Notes: generated from the letters alone by a model not told the origin. Counted from the first letter of the stretch, positions 1-11,399 are shown. The stretch: DNA of 64,000 nucleotides from Candidatus Aminicenantales bacterium (GCA_049515535.1 JBEKTZ010000016.1:1-64000), one strand, 5' to 3'. Program-made: numbers and translations.

Positions 1-910
1 TCAGCCGATTGTATAAGACTCTCAACCCAAGGTCCTTTTTGATCGCCGGATAGACCGCTTCCAGGGCTGCCCACCTCAGCCAGGCGCTCCCCTGCTTGGT
101 GATTCGACCGTGATATGTCCGCTCTCCCGAGGCGTACGTCGAGGGGATTACCCCAGCATAGGAATGAAGATCCGCCGCTCGGGCAAACCGTTTGATGTCC
201 GCGATCTCGACCGCCACCAAAACCGACAACGTCGCGGCAAAGCCCGGCACCGTATCGATCCGCGCCGCTTCTTCGATCTCCCCATACAGGACGCGGACCA
301 GTCCGTCCGACCTCTTGATATGAGCCTGAGCTTCCCGATATCCCTCGACCAAGTCGTCCAAGACCATTTTGTCGGGGTCCACCAACGGCAACTTGGTCAG
401 GAACTCCACCCCTTTCCCACTGAACAGCCCGCTTTCCCGCTTTTCCACCTCCAACCGAATCTCTTCTCTCTGCTGAGCCAGAAGCGCCCGGATCTTGTTC
501 TTCACTTCCGTTTGCTTCGCCACCCAATAGGCCCGCATCCTCATCACCCGTTGCGCCCGCCGGTTCCACACCCCTCGCTGATAGATCTCCGGAATCAAGT
601 CCGCCCTTAAGAGGTGGGCCAGCGTTCGGGAATCTCGTTTGTCGGTCTTGATCCGGGCATGGGCGATCGCCTTTACTTGAAGCGCGTTCGCGATCTTCAC
701 CTCGCCACCCAGCTCCCGAAGGAGGTCTGCCATCACGTACGACGATCGCCCGGCTTCGAGAACGGCCGTGAACGGATGACACCCTTCCAAGAATCGTTCG
801 ACCTTCTCCCTCACGTTTAAGACTCGCCCGTTCTTCAACTCTCGACCATCCTCGTCCAAGACCGTCATGACCGACGCTTGCTTGTGATGGTCCACACCGA
901 TAAAATACAT
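1..910 (-). CDS. IS110-family (DEDD recombinase) transposase, 3' end outside the window
   Basis: Not in the ORF track; I translated it by hand from ATG at 910: MYFIGVDHHKQ..VLEAG..KTDKRDS..TVPGF..EIADIKRF..SYAGVIPSTYASG..GRITKQGSAWLRWAALEA. Open to base 1; SD AGGAGG upstream. Confidence 0.93.
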   Translation of the reverse strand, partial: MYFIGVDHHKQASVMTVLDEDGRELKNGRVLNVREKVERFLEGCHPFTAVLEAGRSSYVMADLLRELGGEVKIANALQVKAIAHARIKTDKRDSRTLAHLLRADLIPEIYQRGVWNRRAQRVMRMRAYWVAKQTEVKNKIRALLAQQREEIRLEVEKRESGLFSGKGVEFLTKLPLVDPDKMVLDDLVEGYREAQAHIKRSDGLVRVLYGEIEEAARIDTVPGFAATLSVLVAVEIADIKRFARAADLHSYAGVIPSTYASGERTYHGRITKQGSAWLRWAALEAVYPAIKKDLGLRVLYNRL

Positions 911-996
911 CCGCGCACCTCCTAGAAAGATTTTTGCTCGACGAGTAATCTATCATAGCTTACCCGTCTCGGAGGTGCGTTTCGCTATCATGCTAC
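1..996 (-). mobile_element. IS110/IS1111-like insertion sequence (partial), directly downstream of rph
   Basis: IS110 transposase with at most 86 bp of upstream non-coding DNA before the rph stop codon; exact end not defined. Confidence 0.75.
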
Positions 997-1746
997 CTAT
1001 TTGTAACCGTAAGCCATGAACAGCAGGCTTTTCTTTTTCAGGACGTCCTTTTGGATCTGGATGATCTCTTCGATGCCCTGGTCGGCCAGGCGGAGAAGCG
1101 TGCCGAGGAGGCTCCGCGAGAACGGCTCTCGCTCGGCCGTGGCCTGGACCTCGAGGAGTTGCCCCCGGTCGGTCTGGACGACGTTCATGTCCGTATCGGC
1201 GGTGGAATCCTCGGCATAATCGAGATCGAGAAGGGGCTCGCCATTGACGATGCCCACGCTCACGCCGGCCACGAGATGGCGGAGAGGCATCGTGTCGATG
1301 ATCTTCTGGTCGAGCATTTTCTTGAGGGCCAGGGCCAGGGCGACGCAAGCGGCGTTGATCGAAGCGACGCGCGTCCCGCCGTCCGCCTGGATCACGTCGC
1401 AGTCGAGGATGATCTGACGCTCGCCGATGATTCTGAGGTCGGTGACGGCCCGGAGCACCCTTCCGATCAGGCGCTGGATCTCCTGGCTGCGTCCGGACGG
1501 ATAGCCCTGGTTCCGTTCGCGGTTCGTCCGTTTTTCCGTGGACCGGGGGAGCATGGAATATTCGGCGGTGATCCAGCCCGTGCCCGTGTTCCTGAGAAAA
1601 GGAGGGACCTTCTCTTCGATGGTCGCGGCCGCCACGACGCGCGTCTTCCCGAATTCGATGAGGGCGGAGCCGTCGGCGAAGTCGAGATAGTCCGGATGGA
1701 TTTTGATCGGCCTCAGATCTTCGGCTTTACGGTTATGGGCTCTCAT
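997..1746 (-). CDS. rph: Ribonuclease PH
   Basis: GWITAEYSMLPRST, GRSQEIQRLIGR, DCDVIQADGGTR, LDLDYAEDS motifs. Confidence 0.97.
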   Translation of the reverse strand: MRAHNRKAEDLRPIKIHPDYLDFADGSALIEFGKTRVVAAATIEEKVPPFLRNTGTGWITAEYSMLPRSTEKRTNRERNQGYPSGRSQEIQRLIGRVLRAVTDLRIIGERQIILDCDVIQADGGTRVASINAACVALALALKKMLDQKIIDTMPLRHLVAGVSVGIVNGEPLLDLDYAEDSTADTDMNVVQTDRGQLLEVQATAEREPFSRSLLGTLLRLADQGIEEIIQIQKDVLKKKSLLFMAYGYK

Positions 1747-2647
1747 CGCTCGTCACTTCGTCGACGGGCCGGGTGTTCCACCGTTTGTGGACCCAGAACC
1801 ACAACTCCGGCCGGCGGCGGATTTCATGCTCGATTATCTTAGTGCATATTTGGGTGATTTTCAACACATCCTCTTCCATGGGCCCGCTCGGAGGGAAGAT
1901 GAGAGGCTCATGGATTTTCACGATGTAGCGGCCCCGGGGGGCGGGGTGGACGAAGACCGGAACGAGAGGGGCGCCCGTTTTGAGGTGAAACGCCGCCAAA
2001 CCGGGGGTCGTCCCGGCCGTTTTTCCGAAGAAATCGACGAAAACGGCCTGGCTCCGCAGGACGTTCTGATCGATGAGGATGGCCACGATTTCGTTGTGTC
2101 CGAGGGCCTTGAGGATGGGCTTGGCCGCGCCGATCTTATAGATGACGCCCGCCCCGAATTTCGCCCTTAGACGGGCCAGGTCTTTTTCGAGGAGCGGATT
2201 GTCCATGGCGCGCGCGATCACCCGGAGCGGCCCGATTTTCGCCAGGGGGGCCGTTCCGAATTCCCAATTGCCGAAATGGGCCGTGAAAAGAAGGACCCCC
2301 CGGCCTTGGGCCAGGGCGCTTTCCAAATGATGCCGGCCCTCCAGAGTCATGAGCCGCAGGAGTTTTTTCCGGGAATAATGCGCGGCCTTGAGGATATCGG
2401 CGAGCACCTGACCGATGTGCCGGAACGAGGCCATGGCGATGGCCCTCCGTTCTCGCTCCGTTCGTTCTTTGCCCAACGCGATGATCAGGTTGTCCAGGGC
2501 AATTTGGCGGTGCTTGCGATCCAGACGAAAAGCAAGAAGCCCGAGACTGCGGCCCGCGGCCAGGGCCAACGTCCGGGGAAGGATGAATAAAACGAGCGTC
2601 AGGGCTTTATAGGCAGCATATCCGGCGAAATCCCCGGGCTTAGACAT
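1733..2647 (-). CDS. lpxL: Lipid A late acyltransferase (HtrB/LpxL family)
   Basis: TAHFGNWE, ILIDQ, VDFFG, WFWVHKRW motifs; adjacent to lpxK; start set at MSKPG. Confidence 0.85.
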   Translation of the reverse strand: MSKPGDFAGYAAYKALTLVLFILPRTLALAAGRSLGLLAFRLDRKHRQIALDNLIIALGKERTERERRAIAMASFRHIGQVLADILKAAHYSRKKLLRLMTLEGRHHLESALAQGRGVLLFTAHFGNWEFGTAPLAKIGPLRVIARAMDNPLLEKDLARLRAKFGAGVIYKIGAAKPILKALGHNEIVAILIDQNVLRSQAVFVDFFGKTAGTTPGLAAFHLKTGAPLVPVFVHPAPRGRYIVKIHEPLIFPPSGPMEEDVLKITQICTKIIEHEIRRRPELWFWVHKRWNTRPVDEVTSDESP

Positions 2648-3632
2648 GGCCCAGGTACTCCAGGATCTTTTCAAAGAATGCCGGCGGGAGATCCAACCCG
2701 ATGTTCAACATATAGGTCGGCACCGGCGCCCAGACGCCCGTGCGCCCGGCGATCTTGATCGCGTCCTTCTCGGTCGTGATGAGGGCGCCGGGCTTGGTCG
2801 ATCCGCAGATTCTCGCGATGTTCGCCAGGGCCGAAGGAGGATAGGTATAATGGTCGGGAAAAATCATCCTTTTCCCCAGCCGGATTCCGCTCGCTTCCAG
2901 GAGCGAAAAAAATCTCTCCGGCCGGGCGATCCCGCAGAAGGCCAGGACGGTTTTCCCCTTCAGGCTTTCGGCCGCCGTGAATTCGCGGGTATCCAAAGCG
3001 CGGAGACCTTGGCTGACGACGGCGTATTCAAAAATAGAAAGCGCCGGAAATCGGGCGCGGATGTTCCGGGAGACGCGCTCATCCCCGCCCTTTTTCAACA
3101 AAAGGACGTCGGCCCTTTTCAGGGAGGAAAAACCTTCGCGGAGGACCTGCCGCGTCCCGAGATCATGAAGCACGATGTCCAAGCCGCGCGCGAGTCCGAT
3201 GTGCTGGAAACCGTCGTCGAGGACGGCGACGTCAAAGCCGGATTCCTTGGCCTTGAGACAGGATCGATATCTGCGCTTCCCGATGAAAACGCCGGCTCCG
3301 GGATAGCGGCGCGCCGCCATGTAAGGCTCGTCGCCGGCCTCCTCCCAGCCGCCGTAAAGCGTTTTTCCATCCGAGAGGACTCCGCCCTTATTTTCCCACT
3401 TTCCTTTGTAGCCCCGGGTCACGAGGGCGGGTCTGAAGCCGCGGTTTTGGAGGAATCCGAGAAGCTCCATCGCCAGCGGCGTCTTTTCCGATCCCCCGAG
3501 GGTCAGGTTTCCGATGCTGATGACGGGCAGGGGGGCCTTCCGCGGCTTGATGATTCCCATTCGCCTGACCGCCGCTTTGAATCGGCACGCGATTCTCGAG
3601 AAAAAGGAATAAATGCGGAGAAAAATAGCCAT
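2640..3632 (-). CDS. lpxK: Tetraacyldisaccharide 4'-kinase
   Basis: PVISIGNLTLGGSEKTP, TRGY, GDEP, LDDGFQH, FPDHY, TTEKDAIK motifs. Confidence 0.95.
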   Translation of the reverse strand: MAIFLRIYSFFSRIACRFKAAVRRMGIIKPRKAPLPVISIGNLTLGGSEKTPLAMELLGFLQNRGFRPALVTRGYKGKWENKGGVLSDGKTLYGGWEEAGDEPYMAARRYPGAGVFIGKRRYRSCLKAKESGFDVAVLDDGFQHIGLARGLDIVLHDLGTRQVLREGFSSLKRADVLLLKKGGDERVSRNIRARFPALSIFEYAVVSQGLRALDTREFTAAESLKGKTVLAFCGIARPERFFSLLEASGIRLGKRMIFPDHYTYPPSALANIARICGSTKPGALITTEKDAIKIAGRTGVWAPVPTYMLNIGLDLPPAFFEKILEYLGHV

Positions 3633-3816
3633 CTTTGACAAATATATAATAATCATATCGATCTTTCAATAAAGCGAGGCCCGGGGCCGAGGGCCATCGG
3701 CGCTCCGCGCTCAAGATCCGCGCGGTTGTGCGGCCGGCGGGTTGAGCTCTTCTTTACTTATCCTCTTCATTTCCTTATAATACGCTTTGTTTTCGAGGAT
3801 GAGAGGAGGAAAGAAA

Positions 3817-4683
3817 ATGAAACGAAATTTTAAGGTATGGATACTCATTCTCGCCGCCGGACTGTTGATGTCTGGTTGCCAGAAGAAAACCCAGGTCAAA
3901 GGCGTAGAGCTGACCGTATCGTTCAACGAGCCCACGCTGTCCGATAATCTGATCACGGACGTGGAATACAAGTGGAAAACGAACGCCGATTTCGTCAAAT
4001 TCGACAAGGATTTCAAGGTTTTCGTTCATTTCTGGCATAACGACAACAACATCCTCTCGGACGATTATGTCCCCGAAGTGGCCACCAGCAAGTGGGAAAA
4101 AGAGAAAGAATACACGGTGAAGCGCCGGATTTATATTCCGCCTTTCATCGAGGAATTCGATCCTCAGTTCAAGGGCGAGGAAACGCTCCGGCTCTCTGTC
4201 GGTTTCTTCAATCCCTACGACCGCAGCGGCCAGTCCGAGCGCGAGGTCTTGTCGAAAAAACTGAAGGTGCTTCCTCCGCCGCTCGGCACGCCGGACGTGA
4301 TTTACGAAAGCGGCTGGTTCGATCTCGAATCCGACCCGAATTCCGTCCTCAAACAGTGGCGCTGGACGTCCAAAACGGCCAAGTGCATCATCGATAATCC
4401 CAAAAAGGACGCGCTCCTGGTGATCAAAGGCGGCGTGAACCTGCAGGCCGTCAAAGACCAGAAAATCATCTTCAAGATCAATGACTTGATTTTGGACGAG
4501 TTCGTCGCGGGGAAAGAGCTCTTCGAGAAATCCTACAACTTGAAAAAAGAGCAGCTGGGCGATAAAAACGAATTCTCTCTGACCGTCGGCGTGGATAAAT
4601 CCTGGATTCCGGCCAAGGTCATCCCCAATAATAAAGACGAACGGGAACTCGGCTGTCAGATCTCGTTCATTTATTTCCGGTAA
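3817..4683 (+). CDS. Hypothetical lipoprotein
   Basis: SD GAGGAGG; signal peptide with lipobox LMSGC; beta-rich body. Confidence 0.8.
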   Translation: MKRNFKVWILILAAGLLMSGCQKKTQVKGVELTVSFNEPTLSDNLITDVEYKWKTNADFVKFDKDFKVFVHFWHNDNNILSDDYVPEVATSKWEKEKEYTVKRRIYIPPFIEEFDPQFKGEETLRLSVGFFNPYDRSGQSEREVLSKKLKVLPPPLGTPDVIYESGWFDLESDPNSVLKQWRWTSKTAKCIIDNPKKDALLVIKGGVNLQAVKDQKIIFKINDLILDEFVAGKELFEKSYNLKKEQLGDKNEFSLTVGVDKSWIPAKVIPNNKDERELGCQISFIYFR

Positions 4684-4697
4684 GGAGGGCGACGGCC

Positions 4698-5276
4698 CTA
4701 TTTGATCACGGCCGCGGGGAATTTATCCTGCGGTCCCAGCGCCGTGAGCTTATCCAGTTCGTCTTTGGCCTTTTTTTCCTCCGCCTGCGCGGCCTGAAGC
4801 TTCTGGTACGTTTCGCTGATCGACTTCTGGATCTGGTCCTTGGACGTCATGCTGTTGTGACTGTAGAACTGCAGCCAGAGCGCGTTCATTTTGAGATTCA
4901 ACAGCTCCACCATATCCTTGGCTTTGTTCCACGCGTCTTCGAGCTCGGCCTTTTTCTCGTCGCGCTTTTTCCGGGCTTCGGCCTGAAGGTCGGCTGCCGT
5001 CGTGTCTTTTCCGGTCGCGGGCTCTTTTGCCGACGCCGCCGTATCCTGCGCCGCCGCGTTCTCGCCTTCGGCCGGACGGGCGGGGTTGGCGGCGACGGCC
5101 GGTTTTTTCATGGTTTTGGACAAATCGGCGTTGGTTACGACGACGGTCGGTTTCCCCTTGAGAGCCTCTCTTCGTTCTTTTTCTTTTTTGGCCGCTTCGG
5201 AAACGCTCTGGGCGGGCAAGAACGCTGCCAGGGACAACAGAACAGCCAGCGCGGCGCCGATTTCTCGCTTGGTCAT
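4698..5276 (-). CDS. Hypothetical exported coiled-coil protein
   Basis: Signal peptide, AQSVSEAAKKE..VVTNADL motif, Ala/Lys/Glu helices; TTGACA-17-TAAGAT promoter at 5292-5320. Confidence 0.75.
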   Translation of the reverse strand: MTKREIGAALAVLLSLAAFLPAQSVSEAAKKEKERREALKGKPTVVVTNADLSKTMKKPAVAANPARPAEGENAAAQDTAASAKEPATGKDTTAADLQAEARKKRDEKKAELEDAWNKAKDMVELLNLKMNALWLQFYSHNSMTSKDQIQKSISETYQKLQAAQAEEKKAKDELDKLTALGPQDKFPAAVIK

Positions 5277-5320
5277 GATGCTTATTGTCCTATCTTAGCG
5301 CGGCGGTTTTCGCCTGTCAA

Positions 5321-7699
5321 TTAATGCGCGACCGCCGTACGGGCGGACAGGCGCCGTCCGTCCGAAGCGATCTCGACCGCGCCATCGAGGTCGGTCCTAT
5401 AGATGCGGGCGCCCGACTTTTTATAGCGGTCCAGGATCTCCGGTTGCGGAAAGCCGTAACGGTTGCCTCTGCCGACCGAAATGACGATCGTCTGGGGAGC
5501 GACGGCGCGGAGCAAGGCTTCCGAACTCGACGTGGAACTCCCATGATGGGGGGATTTCAAGACGCCGCTGCGCAGGTCCGCGCTTCCGTCCAGGATCTCC
5601 CGTTCCGCGTTGACGCCGATATCGGCCGTCAGGAGGACGGCCGTCGATCCGTACGTAATCTTCAGGACGAGCGACCTGTCGTTATCGGCGGGGGCCGTGA
5701 CGGTTGAGCCCTCGGGAGGGTATATGACCTCGAGCCGGACGTCCCCTTCCTTGCGTGAGAATCCCGTAAAAACGCGCCGATGGGGAGCCTCCCCCAGCGC
5801 TTTTTTGAGCTCGGTGTATTTTCCATCGTCCGCCGGGCTGAAGGCTTCCCAGAATTCGCCGATGAAGAAATTCCGGGCCACGGAAATCAACCCGTAGAAA
5901 TGGTCGGGATGGGCGTGCGTCAGCATCAGATAGTCGATCTTTTTTATGCCTTTGTTCCAGAGGAACCGCGAAACCACTGTTTCGCCGACGTCGAAGGTCC
6001 CTGTCGGGAAGCCTCCACCGTCGACCAGCATTTTCCGGCTCCCGGGAAATTCGACGAGAATGGAATCCCCCTGCCCGACGTCGATGAACGTGACTTTGAG
6101 ATTCTTCGAGGAAGAGGGGAAGGGATAGAAAACGAGAAGGGCCAGGAAGCCGATAAAAGCGGCCAGGGAGGCGAGCCTGAATTTTCTGAAACGGTCGGGA
6201 AGAAGGAGAAGCAGGAGAAAAAGAAAATAGCCCGCGACCACCGCGCCGGGCGGAGTCGGAATCCTGAAGGAGAGAAACGGCCATCCGTCGAAAAGATGCG
6301 TCGACCACATGAACGCCTTGATCAGGAACACGATCACGGCCGCGGCCGGCCGGACCAGCGCCGGCGCGAGAAAAGCTGCGGGGAGGAAGATATATCCCGC
6401 CGCCATGATCACTCCGACGAGAGGGATGCCGATCAGGTTCAACAGAAGGCCGGAGAAAATGATCCGGTTGAACGTCGTTGTGATCAAGGGGAAAACTCCC
6501 ATTTGGGCCGCAAGGGACAGCGTGAAGGTTTCGCTGATCTTCAGAGGCAGCTTGAGGGTGAGGGGCAGGATCTTGGGATAGAACAGGATGATGGACAACG
6601 TGGCCGCGTACGTCAACTGAAACCCGACATCGAAGATCTGGAAGGGGTTGAAAAGGAGGATGGCAAACGCGCTCAAACCGATGGTGTTGAGGAGATGGGT
6701 ATCCTTCCAGAAGAGTTTTCCGAGAAGATAAGCGATGCTCATGACGGCCGCTCGGACGACGGAAGCGCGGCCTTCGACGAGAAGGGTGTAGAAAACGAGG
6801 AAAACGATCAAAAAGACGTAGGAGGCTCGGGTCGGGGCGCGCAGGAATTTCAACAGGCCGAAGATCATGAATGAGATCATGCCGATATGGGCGCCGGAAA
6901 TGGCGAAGAGATGGAAGAGGCCGGTCTTTTGAAGCGCCTGCGTCGTCTCCGGCGTGAGCCGTCCCCTCCCGCCGAGGACGAGCGTTTCCAGGATGGCGCC
7001 TTCCGGCGTGAGCTGACGCGGATCCTGGCCGGAGGCGAAATCGGTTTCGATCTCCCGCTGGCAGTTTTGCCGCAGGACCGAAATCATCCGGAGGAGGGAG
7101 GCCGGATCGCCGCTCGCGATTTTCTGGATGAGCAAAGGGCTTTTCGTCGCGGCCTGGTTATGGAGAAGCTGCGTCTTGTTGTACATGCGGGAGAACGGCT
7201 CTTCGAAATTCCGGAATTCCTGCGGCGGGACGATCTGGGCCGAGACTTTCACCCGGTCGCCGGAAACGAGGTCCAAACGGGCGGGGAATTCGGTCGAATG
7301 AGGGACGGAGATCCGGAGGTTTCCCGAGACAGGTTCCTCCCTGTTTTGGTAAAAGATTTTTTCGACTCGGAGATAAAGGTAATCGCGGTCCAGGCCCGGC
7401 GACGGAGATCGGTAAAGGACGCCGGTGAAATCCGCGTAGCTCGTTTCCGCCAGGCGATGCAGGGCGTTCTTTTCGAATTGGCCGTCGAATAGCGTGAAGA
7501 CTCCCGCGCCCAAGAACATCGTCGCTGTCAGAACCAGAGCGAGGCAGGCCAGGTTCCTTTTGAGAAAATAGGCGATCCAGGCGAGGAAGAGGACAGCGGC
7601 CAGGCCGACGCTTGCCGGCGCGAGCGGAAGGGGAGCGAGATGGGAGTAAAGGATGCCGGCGGCGAAAGACAGGGCTAGGAAGAGAAAAGGGAAGGCCAT
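5321..7699 (-). CDS. comEC: Competence protein ComEC/Rec2
   Basis: HLFAISGAHIG, SVVRAAVM, GFQLTY, DVGQGDS, THAHPDH, PHHGS, NRYGFP motifs. Confidence 0.95.
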   Translation of the reverse strand: MAFPFLFLALSFAAGILYSHLAPLPLAPASVGLAAVLFLAWIAYFLKRNLACLALVLTATMFLGAGVFTLFDGQFEKNALHRLAETSYADFTGVLYRSPSPGLDRDYLYLRVEKIFYQNREEPVSGNLRISVPHSTEFPARLDLVSGDRVKVSAQIVPPQEFRNFEEPFSRMYNKTQLLHNQAATKSPLLIQKIASGDPASLLRMISVLRQNCQREIETDFASGQDPRQLTPEGAILETLVLGGRGRLTPETTQALQKTGLFHLFAISGAHIGMISFMIFGLLKFLRAPTRASYVFLIVFLVFYTLLVEGRASVVRAAVMSIAYLLGKLFWKDTHLLNTIGLSAFAILLFNPFQIFDVGFQLTYAATLSIILFYPKILPLTLKLPLKISETFTLSLAAQMGVFPLITTTFNRIIFSGLLLNLIGIPLVGVIMAAGYIFLPAAFLAPALVRPAAAVIVFLIKAFMWSTHLFDGWPFLSFRIPTPPGAVVAGYFLFLLLLLLPDRFRKFRLASLAAFIGFLALLVFYPFPSSSKNLKVTFIDVGQGDSILVEFPGSRKMLVDGGGFPTGTFDVGETVVSRFLWNKGIKKIDYLMLTHAHPDHFYGLISVARNFFIGEFWEAFSPADDGKYTELKKALGEAPHRRVFTGFSRKEGDVRLEVIYPPEGSTVTAPADNDRSLVLKITYGSTAVLLTADIGVNAEREILDGSADLRSGVLKSPHHGSSTSSSEALLRAVAPQTIVISVGRGNRYGFPQPEILDRYKKSGARIYRTDLDGAVEIASDGRRLSARTAVAH

Positions 7700-7717
7700 G
7701 AGCCCTTTATCATATGA

Positions 7718-9022
7718 TTATGACGCGCCCTTTTCAAGGCGGCTCTGCTGCTCCAGACTGTCCAATAGAAGATGGCAAAGGATTTTGATGCCGATGGCGA
7801 TGCTCCGCTCGTCCGGGTTGAAATTGGAGTTATAGAGGAGCGTCGAGTTCGCGAGCCGCGGGTTTTTTACGCCGAGCAAGAAATACAGGCCGGGAATCTT
7901 CTGCTCGTAGAGGGCGAAATCGTCGGACATCATCTGGGGCTTGATCGGGCTGACCTTGCCTTCGCCGAGCGCCCCGGTGAGCGACGGCATCATCAGATCG
8001 AAAAGCTCGGGATGGTTGAAGACCGCCGGCGTTTCCTCTTCGAAGGAGAACGCATAGTCCCCGCCGAATGAATGGACGATGCCTTTGACGGCGCTTTCCA
8101 TCTGGCGGGAAATTTTCTTCCGGTTCGCGTCGCTCAACGTCCGGACGATCCCTTCGAGATGGACCTTGTCGGCGATGAGGTCCGCTTTTGTTCCGCCTTC
8201 GATCTTGCCGATGGTCAGAAGGGCCGGATCGGTGGGGTCAATGTCGCGGCTGATGATCGATTGAAGGGCCATCACGACCTGGGAGGCCAGGACGACGGCA
8301 TCCACGCCTTCCTGCGGTTGCGCGCCCTGAGCGCTCTTCCCCTTGATCGTGATCTGGAACGCGTCCGAGTTGGCCAGCATCGGACCTGAGGCAATGTAGA
8401 CTTGACCCAGGGTTTCGGGCCAGGCATGGAAGCCGAAGATGGCGCCCACGGAAGGGTTATCGAGGACGCCTTCCTTGATCATGAGGGCGGCGCCGCCTTC
8501 TTCGCCGGCGGGCGCTCCTTCCCCCGCGGGCTGAAAGATGAACTTGATGTTTCCCTTGATCCGGTCTCTGAGCTCGTTCAGGACGAAGGCCGTTCCCAGG
8601 ACGATGGCCGTGTGCAGGTCATGGCCGGCGGCGTGCATAACGCCGGGGTTGAGGGATTTGAAAGGGACGTCGGCCGTCTCTTGGATGAGCACGGCGTCCA
8701 TATCGGCGCAGACCGCGACGGTGGGCCCGGGCGCGCTCCCCTTCAGCAAGCCGACCACGCCCGTTTTGGCGACCCCCGTTTTGACGTCAAGGCCCAGGGC
8801 AATGAGCCTGGGGCTTATGACGATCGCCGTTTCCTGCTCGCGGTTGGCGAGCTGGGGATCCATGTGAATGCGCCGCCGGACCTTGATCATTTCCGGCTTG
8901 ATTTTCTCGATTTCGCGGTCGATATCGGCCGCCGTTTTCTTGTCGACGGCCTGAGCCGCGAAAGCGCAGCAACAGATAGAAAATAAAATAGATAAAATTT
9001 TAAAAGTGCGTTTTAAAGCCAC
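7718..9022 (-). CDS. M20D amidohydrolase homolog, signal peptide, degenerate active site
   Basis: TGVVG, ADMDA, MHAAGHD, FIFQPAGEG, DDFA motifs, with many catalytic substitutions. Confidence 0.85.
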   Translation of the reverse strand: MALKRTFKILSILFSICCCAFAAQAVDKKTAADIDREIEKIKPEMIKVRRRIHMDPQLANREQETAIVISPRLIALGLDVKTGVAKTGVVGLLKGSAPGPTVAVCADMDAVLIQETADVPFKSLNPGVMHAAGHDLHTAIVLGTAFVLNELRDRIKGNIKFIFQPAGEGAPAGEEGGAALMIKEGVLDNPSVGAIFGFHAWPETLGQVYIASGPMLANSDAFQITIKGKSAQGAQPQEGVDAVVLASQVVMALQSIISRDIDPTDPALLTIGKIEGGTKADLIADKVHLEGIVRTLSDANRKKISRQMESAVKGIVHSFGGDYAFSFEEETPAVFNHPELFDLMMPSLTGALGEGKVSPIKPQMMSDDFALYEQKIPGLYFLLGVKNPRLANSTLLYNSNFNPDERSIAIGIKILCHLLLDSLEQQSRLEKGAS

Positions 9023-9027
9023 GCCTT

Positions 9028-9056
9028 ATCTTAGAATGGGAGGGGGCGAAAGTCAA
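9028..9056 (-). promoter_or_regulatory. Sigma70-type promoter of the M20D gene
   Basis: TTGACT-17-TAAGAT, 5 nt before the GTG start. Confidence 0.7.
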
Positions 9057-9370
9057 CTTGGAGGGGAAGACCCCTTCCAACGGGGGCCGGGAAGACCTGG
9101 CCGCCCTGCCTCCCCTTCTCGCCCTATGCTCCGCATAGGACTGCGACCAAGGGGGCGACTCTCCCTTGGATCCCTCTACGAGCGGTTCCCCGTGGCAAGC
9201 CACGGGGAACCGCTCGTCAAGAAAGGGGCTCGGGACTGAGGCCCGTCGGCACGCCGGTTTTCCCGGCGAGGAAACCGGCTCTGGCGTCGGCTCGCTCCCT
9301 GCTTCGTTAGGCGAAGCAGGTCCGTGCCCGCTCGCCTCCTTATGGCCTCCTCACCCTCTGCCCCTTCGCT
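9057..9370. repeat. Structured multi-hairpin intergenic element, locus 1
   Basis: About 7 hairpins, including a perfect 19-bp stem at 9178-9217; shares modules with 33173-33371 and 50800-51045. Confidence 0.65.
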
Positions 9371-9515
9371 ATAAGTAATAAAGCGGGACCGTGCCCGCTC
9401 ATTCAAAAAATGCCAATCTCCTGGAATTGTATAGGATCTATCGGCAATTTCGGATCGCGTCACGATGTTGTTTTCGTCGTGTAATTCTGATAAGTTGAAA
9501 TGAGGAGGGCGCGTC

Positions 9516-10004
9516 ATGGACAAAATGTATCGGACGTTTTATAAATCGCCGATCGGGGAGATCGAAATCACGGGAACGGAAAAGGAAATCTGCGGAGTCG
9601 ATTTCGTCAAGCGAAAAAAAGCGGGAAGCGGGACGGCGCTTTCTCCGGCCCTCAAGACATGCGTCAAACAACTCGATGAATATTTCCGGGGAAAACGGGA
9701 AATCTTCGAGGTCATGCTGCGGCTGGAGGGGACGAACTTTCAAAAGGCGGTCTGGCTGACGCTGTTGGGCATCGGCTACGGAGAGACGGCCTCCTATCAG
9801 GACATCGCCAGGTCCGCGGGGCGGCCGAAAGCCGCGCGGGCCGTGGGCCAGACGAACAGGCGCAACCCCATTGGAGTCATCATCCCCTGCCACCGCATCA
9901 TTGGCAGCACGGGCAAGCTCGTCGGCTACGGCGGAGGGCTCTGGCGGAAAGAGTGGCTGCTCGAGCACGAACGTAAACACGCGAAGAAGGCGAAGAAGAA
10001 ATAG
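9516..10004 (+). CDS. ogt: Methylated-DNA-protein-cysteine methyltransferase
   Basis: GTNFQKAVW, ARAVG, NPIGVIIPCHRII, GYGGGLWRKEWLLEHE. Confidence 0.95.
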   Translation: MDKMYRTFYKSPIGEIEITGTEKEICGVDFVKRKKAGSGTALSPALKTCVKQLDEYFRGKREIFEVMLRLEGTNFQKAVWLTLLGIGYGETASYQDIARSAGRPKAARAVGQTNRRNPIGVIIPCHRIIGSTGKLVGYGGGLWRKEWLLEHERKHAKKAKKK

Positions 10005-10040
10005 AGCGGGCTTGAATCTCGATCCGGCCCGGGCGCGCGT

Positions 10041-11399
<1,359 letters not shown>

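Noticed and set aside
110..820. + strand ORFs 110-610 and 614-820
   Set aside because: Antisense to the IS110 transposase.
3678..3690. GCCCGGGGCC match to the repeat
   Set aside because: Only about 10 bp with no flanking similarity; expected by chance at this GC content.
9057..9370. Known RNA (SRP, RNase P, tmRNA, tRNA, riboswitch)
   Set aside because: I could not find their diagnostic motifs by eye; an Rfam search is needed.
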